Below are positions 19,433 through 28,914 of a stretch of 64,000 nt of DNA, piece after piece. The stretch lies in the NCBI GenBank assembly GCA_963727455.1, contig CAVSGG010000008.1, positions 32,001 through 96,000 on the forward strand. The letters run 5' to 3'. Numbering within the stretch: the stretch's first letter is position 1; every line of letters begins with the position of its first letter. The stretch comes from Candidatus Krumholzibacteriota bacterium (GTDB taxonomy: Bacteria; Krumholzibacteriota; Krumholzibacteriia; JAJRXK01). The notes below the pieces were generated by a model. The model was not told the DNA's origin. It was given only the letters and a program-made list of their open reading frames with translations, and made no database searches. Position numbers and translations under genes: made by a program.

Positions 19433-20680
19433 TCAGGTCAATTCCGGATACAGGGGATGTGCGTTGGCGAGACTTCGGCTGCGCTGGCGAAGTTCCTCGA
19501 GCTCCGGACTCTCGAGTCCCACGCTCAGCGCGCGGCCGATGATCTCCGCGATCTCTTCCATTTCGGCTTCCTTCATGCCGCGCGTGGTAAGAGCAGGAGT
19601 TCCGATGCGGATTCCACTGGTGACGAAGGGCGATTCCGGGTCGAAGGGAATGGTGTTCTTGTTCACCGTGATGCCGACTTTCTCGAGAATCTCCTCGGCG
19701 GCTTTGCCGGTCAGCTTTTTTCCCCTGACGTCCACCAGTAGCAGGTGCGTATCCGTACCTCCACTCACCAAGCGGAGACCGTGTTCGGTGAGACGCTCTC
19801 CCAGCCTCTTGGCATTGGCGAGAGTTTGCTTCTGATCGACGAGGAAGGGCTCCCGCATCGCCTCCAGAAAGCAAACCGCTTTGGCGGCGATGATGTGCAT
19901 GAAAGGCCCGCCCTGAGTCCCGGGAAAGTTGATTTTGTTGACCGCTTTGGAACTCTCGGGATCCATGGTGAGAATCAAGCCCCCACGCGGACCTCGCAGA
20001 GTCTTGTGCGTGGTAGAAGTCACTACGGTCGCGTGCGGCATGGGATCGGGATGCAACTTTGCCGCGACCAGGCCGGCGAAGTGCGCCATGTCGACCAGAA
20101 GCGGAATCTCGAGTTCGCGTGAAATCTGTCCCAATTTCTTGAAATCCCAGGCGCGCGGATAGGCGCTGCTTCCGGTGACCAAGAGCGCGGGGCGCAGTTC
20201 CTTGCACTGCTTCTTCAAGGCATCGTAGTCGATTCTCTCGCTCTCGCGATCCACCTCGTAGTGGTGAGCCTCGAAGAGCATTCCACTGAAGTTGACCTTG
20301 TGCCCGTGGGTGAGGTGGCCCCCGTGACTCAAACTGAGTCCCAGCACTTTCGATCCGGGATTCACGAAGGCAAGGTAGGCCGTGAGATTCGCAGAGGAAC
20401 CTGAGTGAGGCTGCACATTGGCGTAGGCGGCACCGAAAAGCTCCTTGGCTCGATCGCGCGCAAGCCGCTCCGCCTCATCGACGAATTCGCAGCCCCCGTA
20501 GTAACGGCGTCCAGGGTATCCCTCCGCGTACTTGTTGGTGAGTACGCTGCCCATCGCTTCCATCACTGCCAAACTGGTGAAGTTCTCGCTCGCGATCATC
20601 TCCAACTGGCCGCGTTGGCGGTTCAGTTCGTTGTTCACCACTTCGGCAATCGCGGGATCAACCGACTTCAGGTTGTTCAT
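19433..20680 (-). CDS. glyA: serine hydroxymethyltransferase
   Basis: [33 protein letters not shown]. Confidence 0.99.
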   Translation of the reverse strand: MNNLKSVDPAIAEVVNNELNRQRGQLEMIASENFTSLAVMEAMGSVLTNKYAEGYPGRRYYGGCEFVDEAERLARDRAKELFGAAYANVQPHSGSSANLTAYLAFVNPGSKVLGLSLSHGGHLTHGHKVNFSGMLFEAHHYEVDRESERIDYDALKKQCKELRPALLVTGSSAYPRAWDFKKLGQISRELEIPLLVDMAHFAGLVAAKLHPDPMPHATVVTSTTHKTLRGPRGGLILTMDPESSKAVNKINFPGTQGGPFMHIIAAKAVCFLEAMREPFLVDQKQTLANAKRLGERLTEHGLRLVSGGTDTHLLLVDVRGKKLTGKAAEEILEKVGITVNKNTIPFDPESPFVTSGIRIGTPALTTRGMKEAEMEEIAEIIGRALSVGLESPELEELRQRSRSLANAHPLYPELT

Positions 20681-21152
20681 GATCTTCCCTCTCGCTCAAG
20701 TCGTCCACGAGTCGCGGAAGCGCGGCTCGCAGATGCTCTTCGATCGAAGCCCAGGTCTCGCGGTAGCGCGCCGGATCCCCGCCGTAGGGATCGATGAGAT
20801 CGCCCTTCTCCGTGAGGCCGGAAAATTCGGAGAGACAGTACACCTTTCCTCGCGCCATAGGGTAGGCACGGAGAATGGCGTCCCGGTGGCTTTTGGTCAT
20901 GGTCAAAATCAGGTCGCTCTGCCCTACGAGATCGGGATTCAAGGGACGCGTTCGGTGGGAACTCAGGTCCGCTCCCTGCTCGCGGGCCACGAGCTGGGCG
21001 TTGAGCGATGCCGGCTGGCCCAGCGGAGCCTTGAGACCGGCGGACGAAACTCGGGGCGGCTTGGAAACACGGTCCAAGAGGCGCCGCGCCAGGACCTCGG
21101 CCATGGGGCTGCGGCAGCTATTGCCAGTGCATACGAAAAGAAGAGAACTCAT
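20658..21152 (-). CDS. low-molecular-weight protein tyrosine/arginine phosphatase
   Basis: [14 protein letters not shown]-loop, DPY. Confidence 0.93.
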   Translation of the reverse strand: MSSLLFVCTGNSCRSPMAEVLARRLLDRVSKPPRVSSAGLKAPLGQPASLNAQLVAREQGADLSSHRTRPLNPDLVGQSDLILTMTKSHRDAILRAYPMARGKVYCLSEFSGLTEKGDLIDPYGGDPARYRETWASIEEHLRAALPRLVDDLSEREDHEQPEVG

Positions 21153-21185
21153 AGTGAAATCGTAAGTTGTGAGATTTGCTGCTGA

Positions 21186-21214
21186 AGCCTATTCATCCCC
21201 CGCGGCAAAGTCAA
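21186..21214 (-). promoter_or_regulatory. sigma70-type promoter of phosphatase-glyA-nrdR-tatC
   Basis: TTGACT-17-TAGGCT. Confidence 0.6.
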
Positions 21215-21774
21215 GCCGGCGGAGGCCACGGCAGATGACCCTTCCTGAGGAGCTGAGGATGGTCCCCGCGCAAGTCCACCAGGGTCGAGGCGACGCCGGG
21301 CGCGACCTCTCCCAGGGCGAAGAACGCGAGCTGGGGAAAGCGCGCACAGGCCTCCTCCAGGCTGGTAGCCGGCTCCTCCCCGGCCCGATTGGCACTGGTG
21401 GAAAAGAGCGGCGCACCGAGCTCTTCCAACAGGGCGCGCAAGGGGGCACAGCCGGGCACACGCGCTGCGATGCTCCCTCCCTCCGCGATCCACTCCGGCG
21501 GAGCGCTCTCACTCGCAGAGAGGAGCACGGTCAAAGCCCCGGGCCAGGTTCGCCGGAGCAGGCCCAGCGTTTCATCCTTGGGCCGAACCGCATGCCGAAG
21601 CACCGCTTCGAGTGAGGGAAAAAGCAGCAGGAAGGGCCGTCCATCCGCCGAGCCTTTCAACTCGCGGAGCAATTGCGCCGCAGCGGGCAAGGTGGCCAGG
21701 GCGTGCAGGCCGGGAAGAGTATCGGTATCCAGCAGTACGACTTTGCCCGCGCGGAGTGTCCCCGCCGCGTTCAC
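21211..21774 (-). CDS. Sua5/YrdC (TsaC) family protein, divergent
   Basis: TDT..GL, WPGALT, IAARVP, STSAN, STLVD, LLRKG. Confidence 0.85.
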   Translation of the reverse strand: MNAAGTLRAGKVVLLDTDTLPGLHALATLPAAAQLLRELKGSADGRPFLLLFPSLEAVLRHAVRPKDETLGLLRRTWPGALTVLLSASESAPPEWIAEGGSIAARVPGCAPLRALLEELGAPLFSTSANRAGEEPATSLEEACARFPQLAFFALGEVAPGVASTLVDLRGDHPQLLRKGHLPWPPPA

Positions 21775-22250
21775 CGTGTGCCCTCAGCCATCTCTTGGCG
21801 GACTTCCTCGACCTTGTCCGAGAGCTCGGAGTTAGACATGGCCAGAATCCGCGCCGCGAGATGAGCGGCGTTCTTCGCTCCCGCCTTGCCCACGGCCAGA
21901 CTCGCCACTGGCACTCCGGCCGGCATCTGCGCGATCGAGAGCAGGGCATCCACCCCGTCCAAGACACCTCCGGGCAGAGGAACGCCGAGCACGGGTTTCG
22001 CGCTGAGCGATGCAACGACCCCCGGAAGATGGGCCGCCATGCCCGCCATCGCGATGAAGAGAGCACAACCTCTACCCTCCATCTCGTCCACCCAGGAGCG
22101 CAAGAGGTCAGCTTGGCGGTGGGCGCTGATCACTCGGTCTTCGTGGGGAATCTGGTAGCGATCGAGAATGGCGATACAGGCCTTCACCATCTCGGCGTCA
22201 CTGGGACTTCCCGAGACGATCCCGACGAGTGGCAGCGAGTTCATGCTCAC
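21771..22250 (-). CDS. purE: N5-carboxyaminoimidazole ribonucleotide mutase
   Basis: GSPSD, SAHR, AGMAAHLPG, QMPAGVPVA. Confidence 0.97.
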   Translation of the reverse strand: MSMNSLPLVGIVSGSPSDAEMVKACIAILDRYQIPHEDRVISAHRQADLLRSWVDEMEGRGCALFIAMAGMAAHLPGVVASLSAKPVLGVPLPGGVLDGVDALLSIAQMPAGVPVASLAVGKAGAKNAAHLAARILAMSNSELSDKVEEVRQEMAEGTR

Positions 22251-23512
22251 TCTGCTCCCTCCTTGGCTGCGATATCCTTGCGCATTTGAACTCCTTCGAA
22301 CTGAAGCCTCGTCGCCAGCCTCCGGGCCCCATCCATGGCGGTCGGTAGGGTTTCCGAGCGCGCCACCGCACAGAGCACGCGCCCACCCTTGGTCAGCCAG
22401 CGCCCCTGATCGCGGCAGGTTCCCGCATGAAAGACCAGGGCCCCGTCCTGGAGAGCGTCCAAGCCCTCGATGACCCGCCCCAGGCGCGGCTCTTCAGGAT
22501 AGCCCTCCGAAGCCAGGACCACCCCCACTGCCGCGCCTTGCAGGGGCAGAGCGCCCTCCACCGGCAGCCTACCTTCAGCTGCGCCGTGCAGGAGTGGATA
22601 GAGGTCCCCCGGGAACACAGGCAGCACGACCTGGGTCTCCGGATCTCCGAAGCGACAATTGTACTCGAGTAGTTTCGGTCCGTCTTCGGTGAGAATCAGC
22701 CCCAAGTAGAGCAGGCCGCGATAGTCCAGTTCTCGCCGCCCCAATTCTCGCAGAGTGGGAGTCAAAATCTCGTCGACGATGCGGCTCATCAAGCCCTCGT
22801 CGGCCTCGGCTACCGGAGTGTAAGCCCCCATGCCGCCGGTGTTGGGTCCCGTGTCGCCATCACGCAGTCGCTTGTGGTCGCGGCTGGGGGCGAACCACGC
22901 CGCTCGGGTTCCGTCCAGGAGCACGAAGACGGAGAGCTCGGGCCCGAAGAGTCTCTCCTCGAGCAGCACGACCTTCCCTGCCGAGCCGAAAGCATTCTTC
23001 AAAAGGATGGTTCGCAGGGCCGATTCCGCCTGGGCCGTATCCTCGCAGACGATGACGCCCTTCCCCGCGGCCAGGCCACTCGCTTTCACCACGCAGGGCC
23101 CTGGATTGCACCGAAGCCACTCTTGCGCGGAAGGCAGCTCCGTGAAGCTCTTCGAGCGCGCGCAGGGAATCCCCGCCGCGCGCATGAATTCCTTGGCGTA
23201 GGACTTGTCGCCTTCCAAGCGCGCGGCCAACGCCGAGGGACCGAAGACCGCAACCCCCTTCTCCCGCAGACGATCCGCGAGGCCCTCGACGAGGGGTTTC
23301 TCCGGGCCGATGACGACCAAGTCCACCTCGTGCCGCAGCGCAGCCTGCACCCAGCTTTCCGCTTCGTTGGCGTCGACCAAGCGCGCACAGGCGCCCATGG
23401 CATCACTGCCGGGGGCCGCGAAGATCTCGCTCACTTTGTTCGATTGGGCTAGCTTCCACGCGAGCGCGTGCTCACGCCCACCGCTGCCGATGATCAGAAC
23501 CCTGCCCGCCAT
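22247..23512 (-). CDS. purD: phosphoribosylamine--glycine ligase
   Basis: GSGGREHA, GLAAGKGV, DHKR..DGDTGPNTGGMG, EYNCRFGDPE. Confidence 0.98.
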   Translation of the reverse strand: MAGRVLIIGSGGREHALAWKLAQSNKVSEIFAAPGSDAMGACARLVDANEAESWVQAALRHEVDLVVIGPEKPLVEGLADRLREKGVAVFGPSALAARLEGDKSYAKEFMRAAGIPCARSKSFTELPSAQEWLRCNPGPCVVKASGLAAGKGVIVCEDTAQAESALRTILLKNAFGSAGKVVLLEERLFGPELSVFVLLDGTRAAWFAPSRDHKRLRDGDTGPNTGGMGAYTPVAEADEGLMSRIVDEILTPTLRELGRRELDYRGLLYLGLILTEDGPKLLEYNCRFGDPETQVVLPVFPGDLYPLLHGAAEGRLPVEGALPLQGAAVGVVLASEGYPEEPRLGRVIEGLDALQDGALVFHAGTCRDQGRWLTKGGRVLCAVARSETLPTAMDGARRLATRLQFEGVQMRKDIAAKEGAE

Positions 23513-23556
23513 GGTTCCTATCGTCCCGAGAGAATCCGGCTGTTTGTCGCGGCCCT

Positions 23557-24729
23557 TTACGTCAAGGTTTCCGCGTAGGCTTTCAGGCGGGAGACTCCCT
23601 CGGCCAGATTCTCGCGCGAGTTGGCGTAGCTGAATCTGAGGTACCCGTCGCCGAAGGAACCGAAGGAGGTTCCCGCCAATGCAGCTACACCATACTCATC
23701 GAGTAGGGTCGACGCGAACTCGCGGCACGGTACCCCCAGCTTCTTGATGTTGGGGAAGACGTAGAACGCGCCGCCCGGGGTGAGACAGCTCACGCCGGGG
23801 ACTTCGTTCAGGAGGCCGACGACGAGATCGCGGCGTTCCTTGAACTCCTTCACCATGGCCTGGGCTCCCGATTGGTCACCAAGGAGCGCCTCCACTCCAG
23901 CCAATTGGGTGAAGGTCGAGGTACACGAGGTGGAGTTGGTCTGCAGCCTGGCGATGCTGGGAGCCAAGCTCTGCGGCATCACGCCAAACCCCAAACGCCA
24001 CCCGGTCATGGCATAGGTCTTCGAATGCCCATCGAGCACGATCGTGCGGTCCTGCATGCCCTCGATCTCGAGCATGCTGTGGTGCTTCCTGTCGTAGATG
24101 ATCTTGGAGTAGATTTCGTCGCTCAGTACCCAGCAGTCGTGCTCCTTGGCGACCTCGGCCACTGCCTTCAGATCCTCTGGGGACAGAACGCCACCGCAGG
24201 GATTACCCGGGGTGTTGATGATGATCAGCTTGGTCCTGTCATTCGCCAGCCGCCGCAACTCTTTTGGATCGATGCTGAAACCGTTCTCTTCACGCAGAGG
24301 AAGAGGAACTGCCTTGCCGCCGGTGAAGTGGATCATCGATTCGTAGATGGGGAAACCAGGATTGGGATAAATGACTTCATCACCCTCCTGGACGAGTGCA
24401 GTGAGCACGAAATAGATGATGGGCTTGGCGCCAGGCGTGATCACGATCTGATCCCCGTCGACCTCGACTCCACGGTCCTTGCTAAACCACTTCGCGAAGC
24501 TCTCTCTCGCCTCCGGCAGACCCGCGGAGGGACCATAGTGGGTCGCGCCGCCTTTCAACGCCTTGACCGCGGCCTCCACGATGTTCGCGGGGGTATCGAA
24601 GTCGGGTTCCCCGATCTCCAGGTGAACGACGCTTTTCCCCGCAGCTTCGAGCTTCTTGGCCCGTGCCAGGACCTCGAATGCGGTCTCGGTGCCGAGCCTC
24701 TCCATCCTAGACGCCAGTTCTTTCGCCAC
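23557..24729 (-). CDS. class I/II PLP-dependent aminotransferase (aspartate aminotransferase-like)
   Basis: IGEPDF, N.PGNP.G, SDEIY, SKTYAMTGWRLG; GTG 24729 with GGAGG SD. Confidence 0.93.
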   Translation of the reverse strand: MAKELASRMERLGTETAFEVLARAKKLEAAGKSVVHLEIGEPDFDTPANIVEAAVKALKGGATHYGPSAGLPEARESFAKWFSKDRGVEVDGDQIVITPGAKPIIYFVLTALVQEGDEVIYPNPGFPIYESMIHFTGGKAVPLPLREENGFSIDPKELRRLANDRTKLIIINTPGNPCGGVLSPEDLKAVAEVAKEHDCWVLSDEIYSKIIYDRKHHSMLEIEGMQDRTIVLDGHSKTYAMTGWRLGFGVMPQSLAPSIARLQTNSTSCTSTFTQLAGVEALLGDQSGAQAMVKEFKERRDLVVGLLNEVPGVSCLTPGGAFYVFPNIKKLGVPCREFASTLLDEYGVAALAGTSFGSFGDGYLRFSYANSRENLAEGVSRLKAYAETLT

Positions 24730-24899
24730 GACGGCTACCTCCCCACCAGGGTACGGAAATTGAGATGAGACCCAGCGAATGTAGTCCCTTGGGGGCAAAA
24801 ACTCCAAGCGCCCCTGTGAAAGAAAATAAGGAATGAGAGGAACTGCGAGTCGCGAGAGAGGATGGACTCAGGCTCAAGCGCCGATAGGCTCGGCCGCAC

Positions 24900-26489
24900 T
24901 CAGGCCAGACTTTTCAGGTAGTCCTGGATTTCGTCGTAAATCTCTCGGCGCAATCCGGACTTGTCCCTGGCCAGGCGGCGCAGTTCGACGCCGCGGATGT
25001 ATTTGACGTGGATGAAACGCCGGACCAGCTTCACCGGCAGACGTACTGGCGAGCGGACGATCGCTAGGGGTACATCCTTGTTCGCGAAGCCGGAGTGAAG
25101 CTTCTTGGTAGTGGCGATGTACTCCAGCACGGCGGGGAGCCGGCAGGAACTCGCGATGAAGTTTACGATTCCCGGCTTGTTCACGACCTTGGGATTGCGG
25201 AGTAGCCCGAGCAGGATGCTCGTATTGTTGATGTTGGCCATAATGAGGTCTTTCACATTCTCGTTTTCCTCCACCTCGTCCTCTTCGGAAGTGGGAGGAA
25301 ACGGCAGGCCCAAGGGTGCCCGCACGCGTCGGGCAGCATGCAGGTCGAAGCGTATGACCAACTCTCCATTCTGGAGCTCCACGCCGTCAATCTTCGAGGA
25401 TTCCAGTACTCGTTCGACGCTCGGCCCCACCCTGAGCCTCAAGCTGTTTTCCTCGGCATACTGGTAACTCAGGAGGACCGATTCGAGAGAATCGATCGGG
25501 ATCGGCCGGAGCTTGTGAGCAAAAAGCGTTCTTCCGATTTCCATGAGCAGCCGGGAGTAGTACACCAGCTTTTTGTTCTCGATGGGACGTTCGTGCATCG
25601 CATTCAGTAAACCCACCATGGGCTGTAGCAACTCTTCCGTCTCAAAGAGGTCGAGAATTCGCTCGAGTTCCTCCGGCGCCAGGGTTTCGCGAAATACCGA
25701 ATGCTGCTCGTTGAAAAGGCGGCAGTCTTTGCTCTCTTGCAGTGCGTCCAGAAAATTGGAGACCTCTCGAATAGACACGTCGAGTTCGACCAGCCTGGGC
25801 ATCATGGTGCCTACCGCTTTGGCCGCGTAGGGATCGATCTCCCCCGCGATGGCGGCCGCTCGCTGCTGGGCCGCATGCTGTTCGAGGCGCGCCAGACGCA
25901 CGAAGGCGCTCAATTTCCGCTCTGGCAACTCTTCCTTCTCGCGGAGCTCCTCGTGAAGGATACCGAAGACCTTCCGCGGTATGCGGGCCGCGCCCAAGTC
26001 AAGCGGCGAGGGAAGCGCAAAGGGATTTTGTTCGTGAGGAAGAAGATCGGCCAGCTCGCGTTCGACGGCTTCGATCTCGTCCAGGAGTTCGGCCTGCAAC
26101 GGTTCGAGGGTCTGACCCCGATCCCTTCGGTGACGGTAGCGTGTTCCAACCCGATGAAGATGGCGGAATTCGAAGACACCCTCGATGACCGAGGAGCCCT
26201 GTGCCCTCACCGCGATGAACGCCGCCAGTCCGGCGATCCCGGAGTTCTCGTCGTCCGCCGCGACTGCGAACAAACCCTTCAGCATCTCCTTGAGGGAATC
26301 ACTTCCGATTCGTTTGCGCAGTGACTCGGTGAGAAGTTGAGCGCGCTTGATGAGCTCCCCTTCCCCCTCCAGCTGGTGCAACCAGCGTCGCACCACCGGA
26401 CGCGGACGGCAACGTGCCAGCGCCTTTGTCCGGATTTCGAGCAGAGGTTCAGTCGTCAAGAGGGGGCTGGCTGTCTGGGATTGACTCAT
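24900..26489 (-). CDS. hypothetical all-alpha protein, 529 aa
   Basis: Long ORF with GAGGA SD, helical charged composition, acidic linker followed by a compact basic C-terminal domain. Confidence 0.8.
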   Translation of the reverse strand: MSQSQTASPLLTTEPLLEIRTKALARCRPRPVVRRWLHQLEGEGELIKRAQLLTESLRKRIGSDSLKEMLKGLFAVAADDENSGIAGLAAFIAVRAQGSSVIEGVFEFRHLHRVGTRYRHRRDRGQTLEPLQAELLDEIEAVERELADLLPHEQNPFALPSPLDLGAARIPRKVFGILHEELREKEELPERKLSAFVRLARLEQHAAQQRAAAIAGEIDPYAAKAVGTMMPRLVELDVSIREVSNFLDALQESKDCRLFNEQHSVFRETLAPEELERILDLFETEELLQPMVGLLNAMHERPIENKKLVYYSRLLMEIGRTLFAHKLRPIPIDSLESVLLSYQYAEENSLRLRVGPSVERVLESSKIDGVELQNGELVIRFDLHAARRVRAPLGLPFPPTSEEDEVEENENVKDLIMANINNTSILLGLLRNPKVVNKPGIVNFIASSCRLPAVLEYIATTKKLHSGFANKDVPLAIVRSPVRLPVKLVRRFIHVKYIRGVELRRLARDKSGLRREIYDEIQDYLKSLA

Positions 26490-26541
26490 ACTTCCTCATG
26501 AGGGAGAGAAGTTCCGCATTGAAGTGCCTATGCAGAACGGA

Positions 26542-26557
26542 TGCAATCATCACACCA
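26542..26557 (-). promoter_or_regulatory. possible sigma54 promoter
   Basis: TGGTGTGATGATTGCA, GG-N10-GC with TTGCA; weaker -24 box. Confidence 0.4.
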
Positions 26558-26563
26558 CCCCAC

Positions 26564-28159
26564 TCAGTCCTTCCCTCCCAATCGCAACGAGAACCCGAGT
26601 CCTCCAGAGAATTCAAAAAGCTCACAGGGGTCCCGTACCAATCGCAGCCACACGCCGGCTCTGCAGCTACCGTCACGCCGGGCCAACGCGCAGAGCAGTC
26701 CCGACCCGCCAGGCTGAAGCCAGGTACTCGCGAGACCTGCCGCTGAAACCCCGACCGCCCAGGGCGAGGAACGATCGCCCCTTGCCAGTGCCATAATCCC
26801 TCGCCAAAGCCACTCTCTTCCCCGTTCGAGACTCAGCGCCAGGAGAGTGGCCACGGTGTCATTTCGCCGCTGATGGCGAAAGCGTAGGCCGCGCCGCAGT
26901 GCGCCGCCGTGCGCCCTCTCCTGCCAATCCACTTTGAGAGTGAACGCGGTCGGTTCCTCTCGCTCTTCGTCAACTTGCAGGGAGACGGCGAGACGTGTTG
27001 CGGCCAGGGGACCCGAGGCTCTCAACTGCCAGCGCTCGTCGAGGCGTGCCTGCCCCGTCTTGCCGCGACGGCGCAGTCGGGCCAGAGCGGCGAAGGTCCA
27101 AGCTCCTCCACTCAGGCGGCCACTGGTCTGAATCACGCGGTGCTCGCGGTCGGTGGGCTGGCCGGTGATGGGATCCTGGCCTCCGGTATCCCCGGGCCCG
27201 GCCTGTGTCATCGCGATCCCCCACCGAGCGGGGCCGTCCTGAACCTCCATTGCCGCGGAGATTCGATCCGAAAGGGAAGGGCTGGTGCCCAGGGGATGCA
27301 CCCATTCCAGGCGAGCCCGTAAGTCCTCCTGGTGCAGCGCGAGGGACAACCCCGCCTGAGCGCGATCGCGAAGTGCCAGTCCCAGACTCGTTCCCGAAGA
27401 GCCCGCGAAATGGTGCTCCAGGAGAGCGAGAAAGGGCGCGCCTCGTGAGCCTTCTCGTGCGCTTTGTGCCAAGAGAAGATGCCAGCCTTTGAGCTCGAGT
27501 TCGAGGCCCCCACCGTGCCAGCTTTCACCAAAGGAACTGAGACGAGGACGCAGGCGAGCTGTTCCGTTCAGGGAGGGAGCGGCGGTCCGCGAACGTAGCG
27601 AGGGGTTGTCCAAAAGAAGAGGCCAGGGGAGCTTGGGGCGGAAGTCGCCCACGATCACTCTCCCCCAGCTTGCACTCCAGCTCGCCGTCGAAGCGCTCAC
27701 GACACTTCGTCCGGGTTCCCCTTGTGCGAGAATCGTCAGCTCATCGCGTTGCGCAAGCAAACGGGATCGATGTCGTGCACCCGCGTTTGGATTCCAAGCG
27801 CTACGATCTTCGTAACGGAGCTGGGTCTCGTGAACCCTCGGGTCCAAAGTGACGAAAGGAGTCAGAGCGGCGATGCGAGATTGGTCCATGCCGGGGATGC
27901 CCTCGAGGTCCTTCAGAGCGGAGAGCCCGCCGTGTTCTCGCAGCCCCACGATCGCGCCGGCCAAGCCAGCGTCCAGCCAGGGCAAAAGGGCCAGCTCCTC
28001 CTCGGTCGCGAGTTGGAGATCCAGAGGTTGGACCAGCCACTCCTCGAGTTGATCGATTATTTCATCGCTTTGCGAGGCGCGGGCCACCCACCTGCTTTGC
28101 AAGGGGCCGATACAGAGAAACAGAATCAAGAAGATGCTCACGCGACTGCTCCGCCTCAT
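26564..28159 (-). CDS. exported ComEA-type helix-hairpin-helix protein with probable beta-barrel C-terminus
   Basis: Signal peptide MRRSSRVSIFLILFL; LDLQLATEEELALLPWL...LKDLEGIPGM; alternating beta-strand pattern to the C-terminus; ATGA overlap sets start 28159. Confidence 0.75.
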   Translation of the reverse strand: MRRSSRVSIFLILFLCIGPLQSRWVARASQSDEIIDQLEEWLVQPLDLQLATEEELALLPWLDAGLAGAIVGLREHGGLSALKDLEGIPGMDQSRIAALTPFVTLDPRVHETQLRYEDRSAWNPNAGARHRSRLLAQRDELTILAQGEPGRSVVSASTASWSASWGRVIVGDFRPKLPWPLLLDNPSLRSRTAAPSLNGTARLRPRLSSFGESWHGGGLELELKGWHLLLAQSAREGSRGAPFLALLEHHFAGSSGTSLGLALRDRAQAGLSLALHQEDLRARLEWVHPLGTSPSLSDRISAAMEVQDGPARWGIAMTQAGPGDTGGQDPITGQPTDREHRVIQTSGRLSGGAWTFAALARLRRRGKTGQARLDERWQLRASGPLAATRLAVSLQVDEEREEPTAFTLKVDWQERAHGGALRRGLRFRHQRRNDTVATLLALSLERGREWLWRGIMALARGDRSSPWAVGVSAAGLASTWLQPGGSGLLCALARRDGSCRAGVWLRLVRDPCELFEFSGGLGFSLRLGGKD

Positions 28160-28914
28160 CTGGGCTCCCTCCCCCGGCGCCCACCGAGTTCCAGCGCGAG
28201 ATAGGGTCCCGCGTCGATGCTGGACACGAGAGGAAGTGCGAGCAGGAGATTGAGAGGGGAAAGACTCAAGCCCAGGTGCAGGCTCCCTCCGCTTCCGTCT
28301 CCTCGACAGGCCAGTGAAAGCGGAGCAAGCAGTAACTCCAGGCCCGCACTCCAGACGCCGCGTTCTTCGAAGGGAGAATCCTCTCGCATCAGCGCCGCCA
28401 CCCAACCACTTCCCTTTAGTTCGAACACGTACGCGGCAGTCGCCGGGAGTCGAGCAGGCCTGTGGTCCAGTGGAAACTCCTGCTCGAGCCCGAAGGAGAA
28501 GCCTCGCGTGCTCATCACCAAAGCCAGCTCGGCCCGCGCACTCAGCTCGCTGGCAATCGTCTCCACTACTCTTTCTTGCCGGTGCACGCGGGCGTGCAGA
28601 CCAAGCGACGGCCCCTCGACTCGAATCCCCAAGCCAAAGTTCTGTTCGGAATAGGCCGCTGCGTGTAGCTGCCCGACCAGGGCCCAAACGTGGAGGGAGG
28701 AACTCGGTGTCCAGCTACCCTCCAACCAGGCCTGACTGGTGAGCGCGAAGCTGACCGGGTTTCCTGCCGCCAGCCGCAGCCTGGCCGTGGGTGCTCTCAT
28801 CCAGGAATCGCCAGGGAGGGTTTCCAGGCGCTTCGGTCCCGAGAAGCTCCCGGCTTGAGCGCTCGCGTGCAAGCATGAGAGCAAGACCATACCTAGCAGG
28901 CTCGGCCACTTCAT
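28156..28914 (-). CDS. exported hypothetical protein, probable small outer-membrane beta-barrel
   Basis: Signal peptide MKWPSLLGMVLLSCLHASAQA; amphipathic beta pattern; ATGA-coupled on both sides. Confidence 0.65.
   Translation of the reverse strand: MKWPSLLGMVLLSCLHASAQAGSFSGPKRLETLPGDSWMRAPTARLRLAAGNPVSFALTSQAWLEGSWTPSSSLHVWALVGQLHAAAYSEQNFGLGIRVEGPSLGLHARVHRQERVVETIASELSARAELALVMSTRGFSFGLEQEFPLDHRPARLPATAAYVFELKGSGWVAALMREDSPFEERGVWSAGLELLLAPLSLACRGDGSGGSLHLGLSLSPLNLLLALPLVSSIDAGPYLALELGGRRGREPR

Noticed and set aside
18936-20207. 423-aa NrdR with a long N-terminal extension
   Set aside because: The extension overlaps glyA in another frame; the real start is ATG 19415
26564-28687. N-terminal extensions of listed ORFs (also 33485-36124, 50164-52947, 59696-60679, 9627-10577)
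   Set aside because: They overlap upstream genes; internal starts with signal peptides or 4-nt stop/start overlaps are better supported, so these are not true overlapping genes or frameshifts
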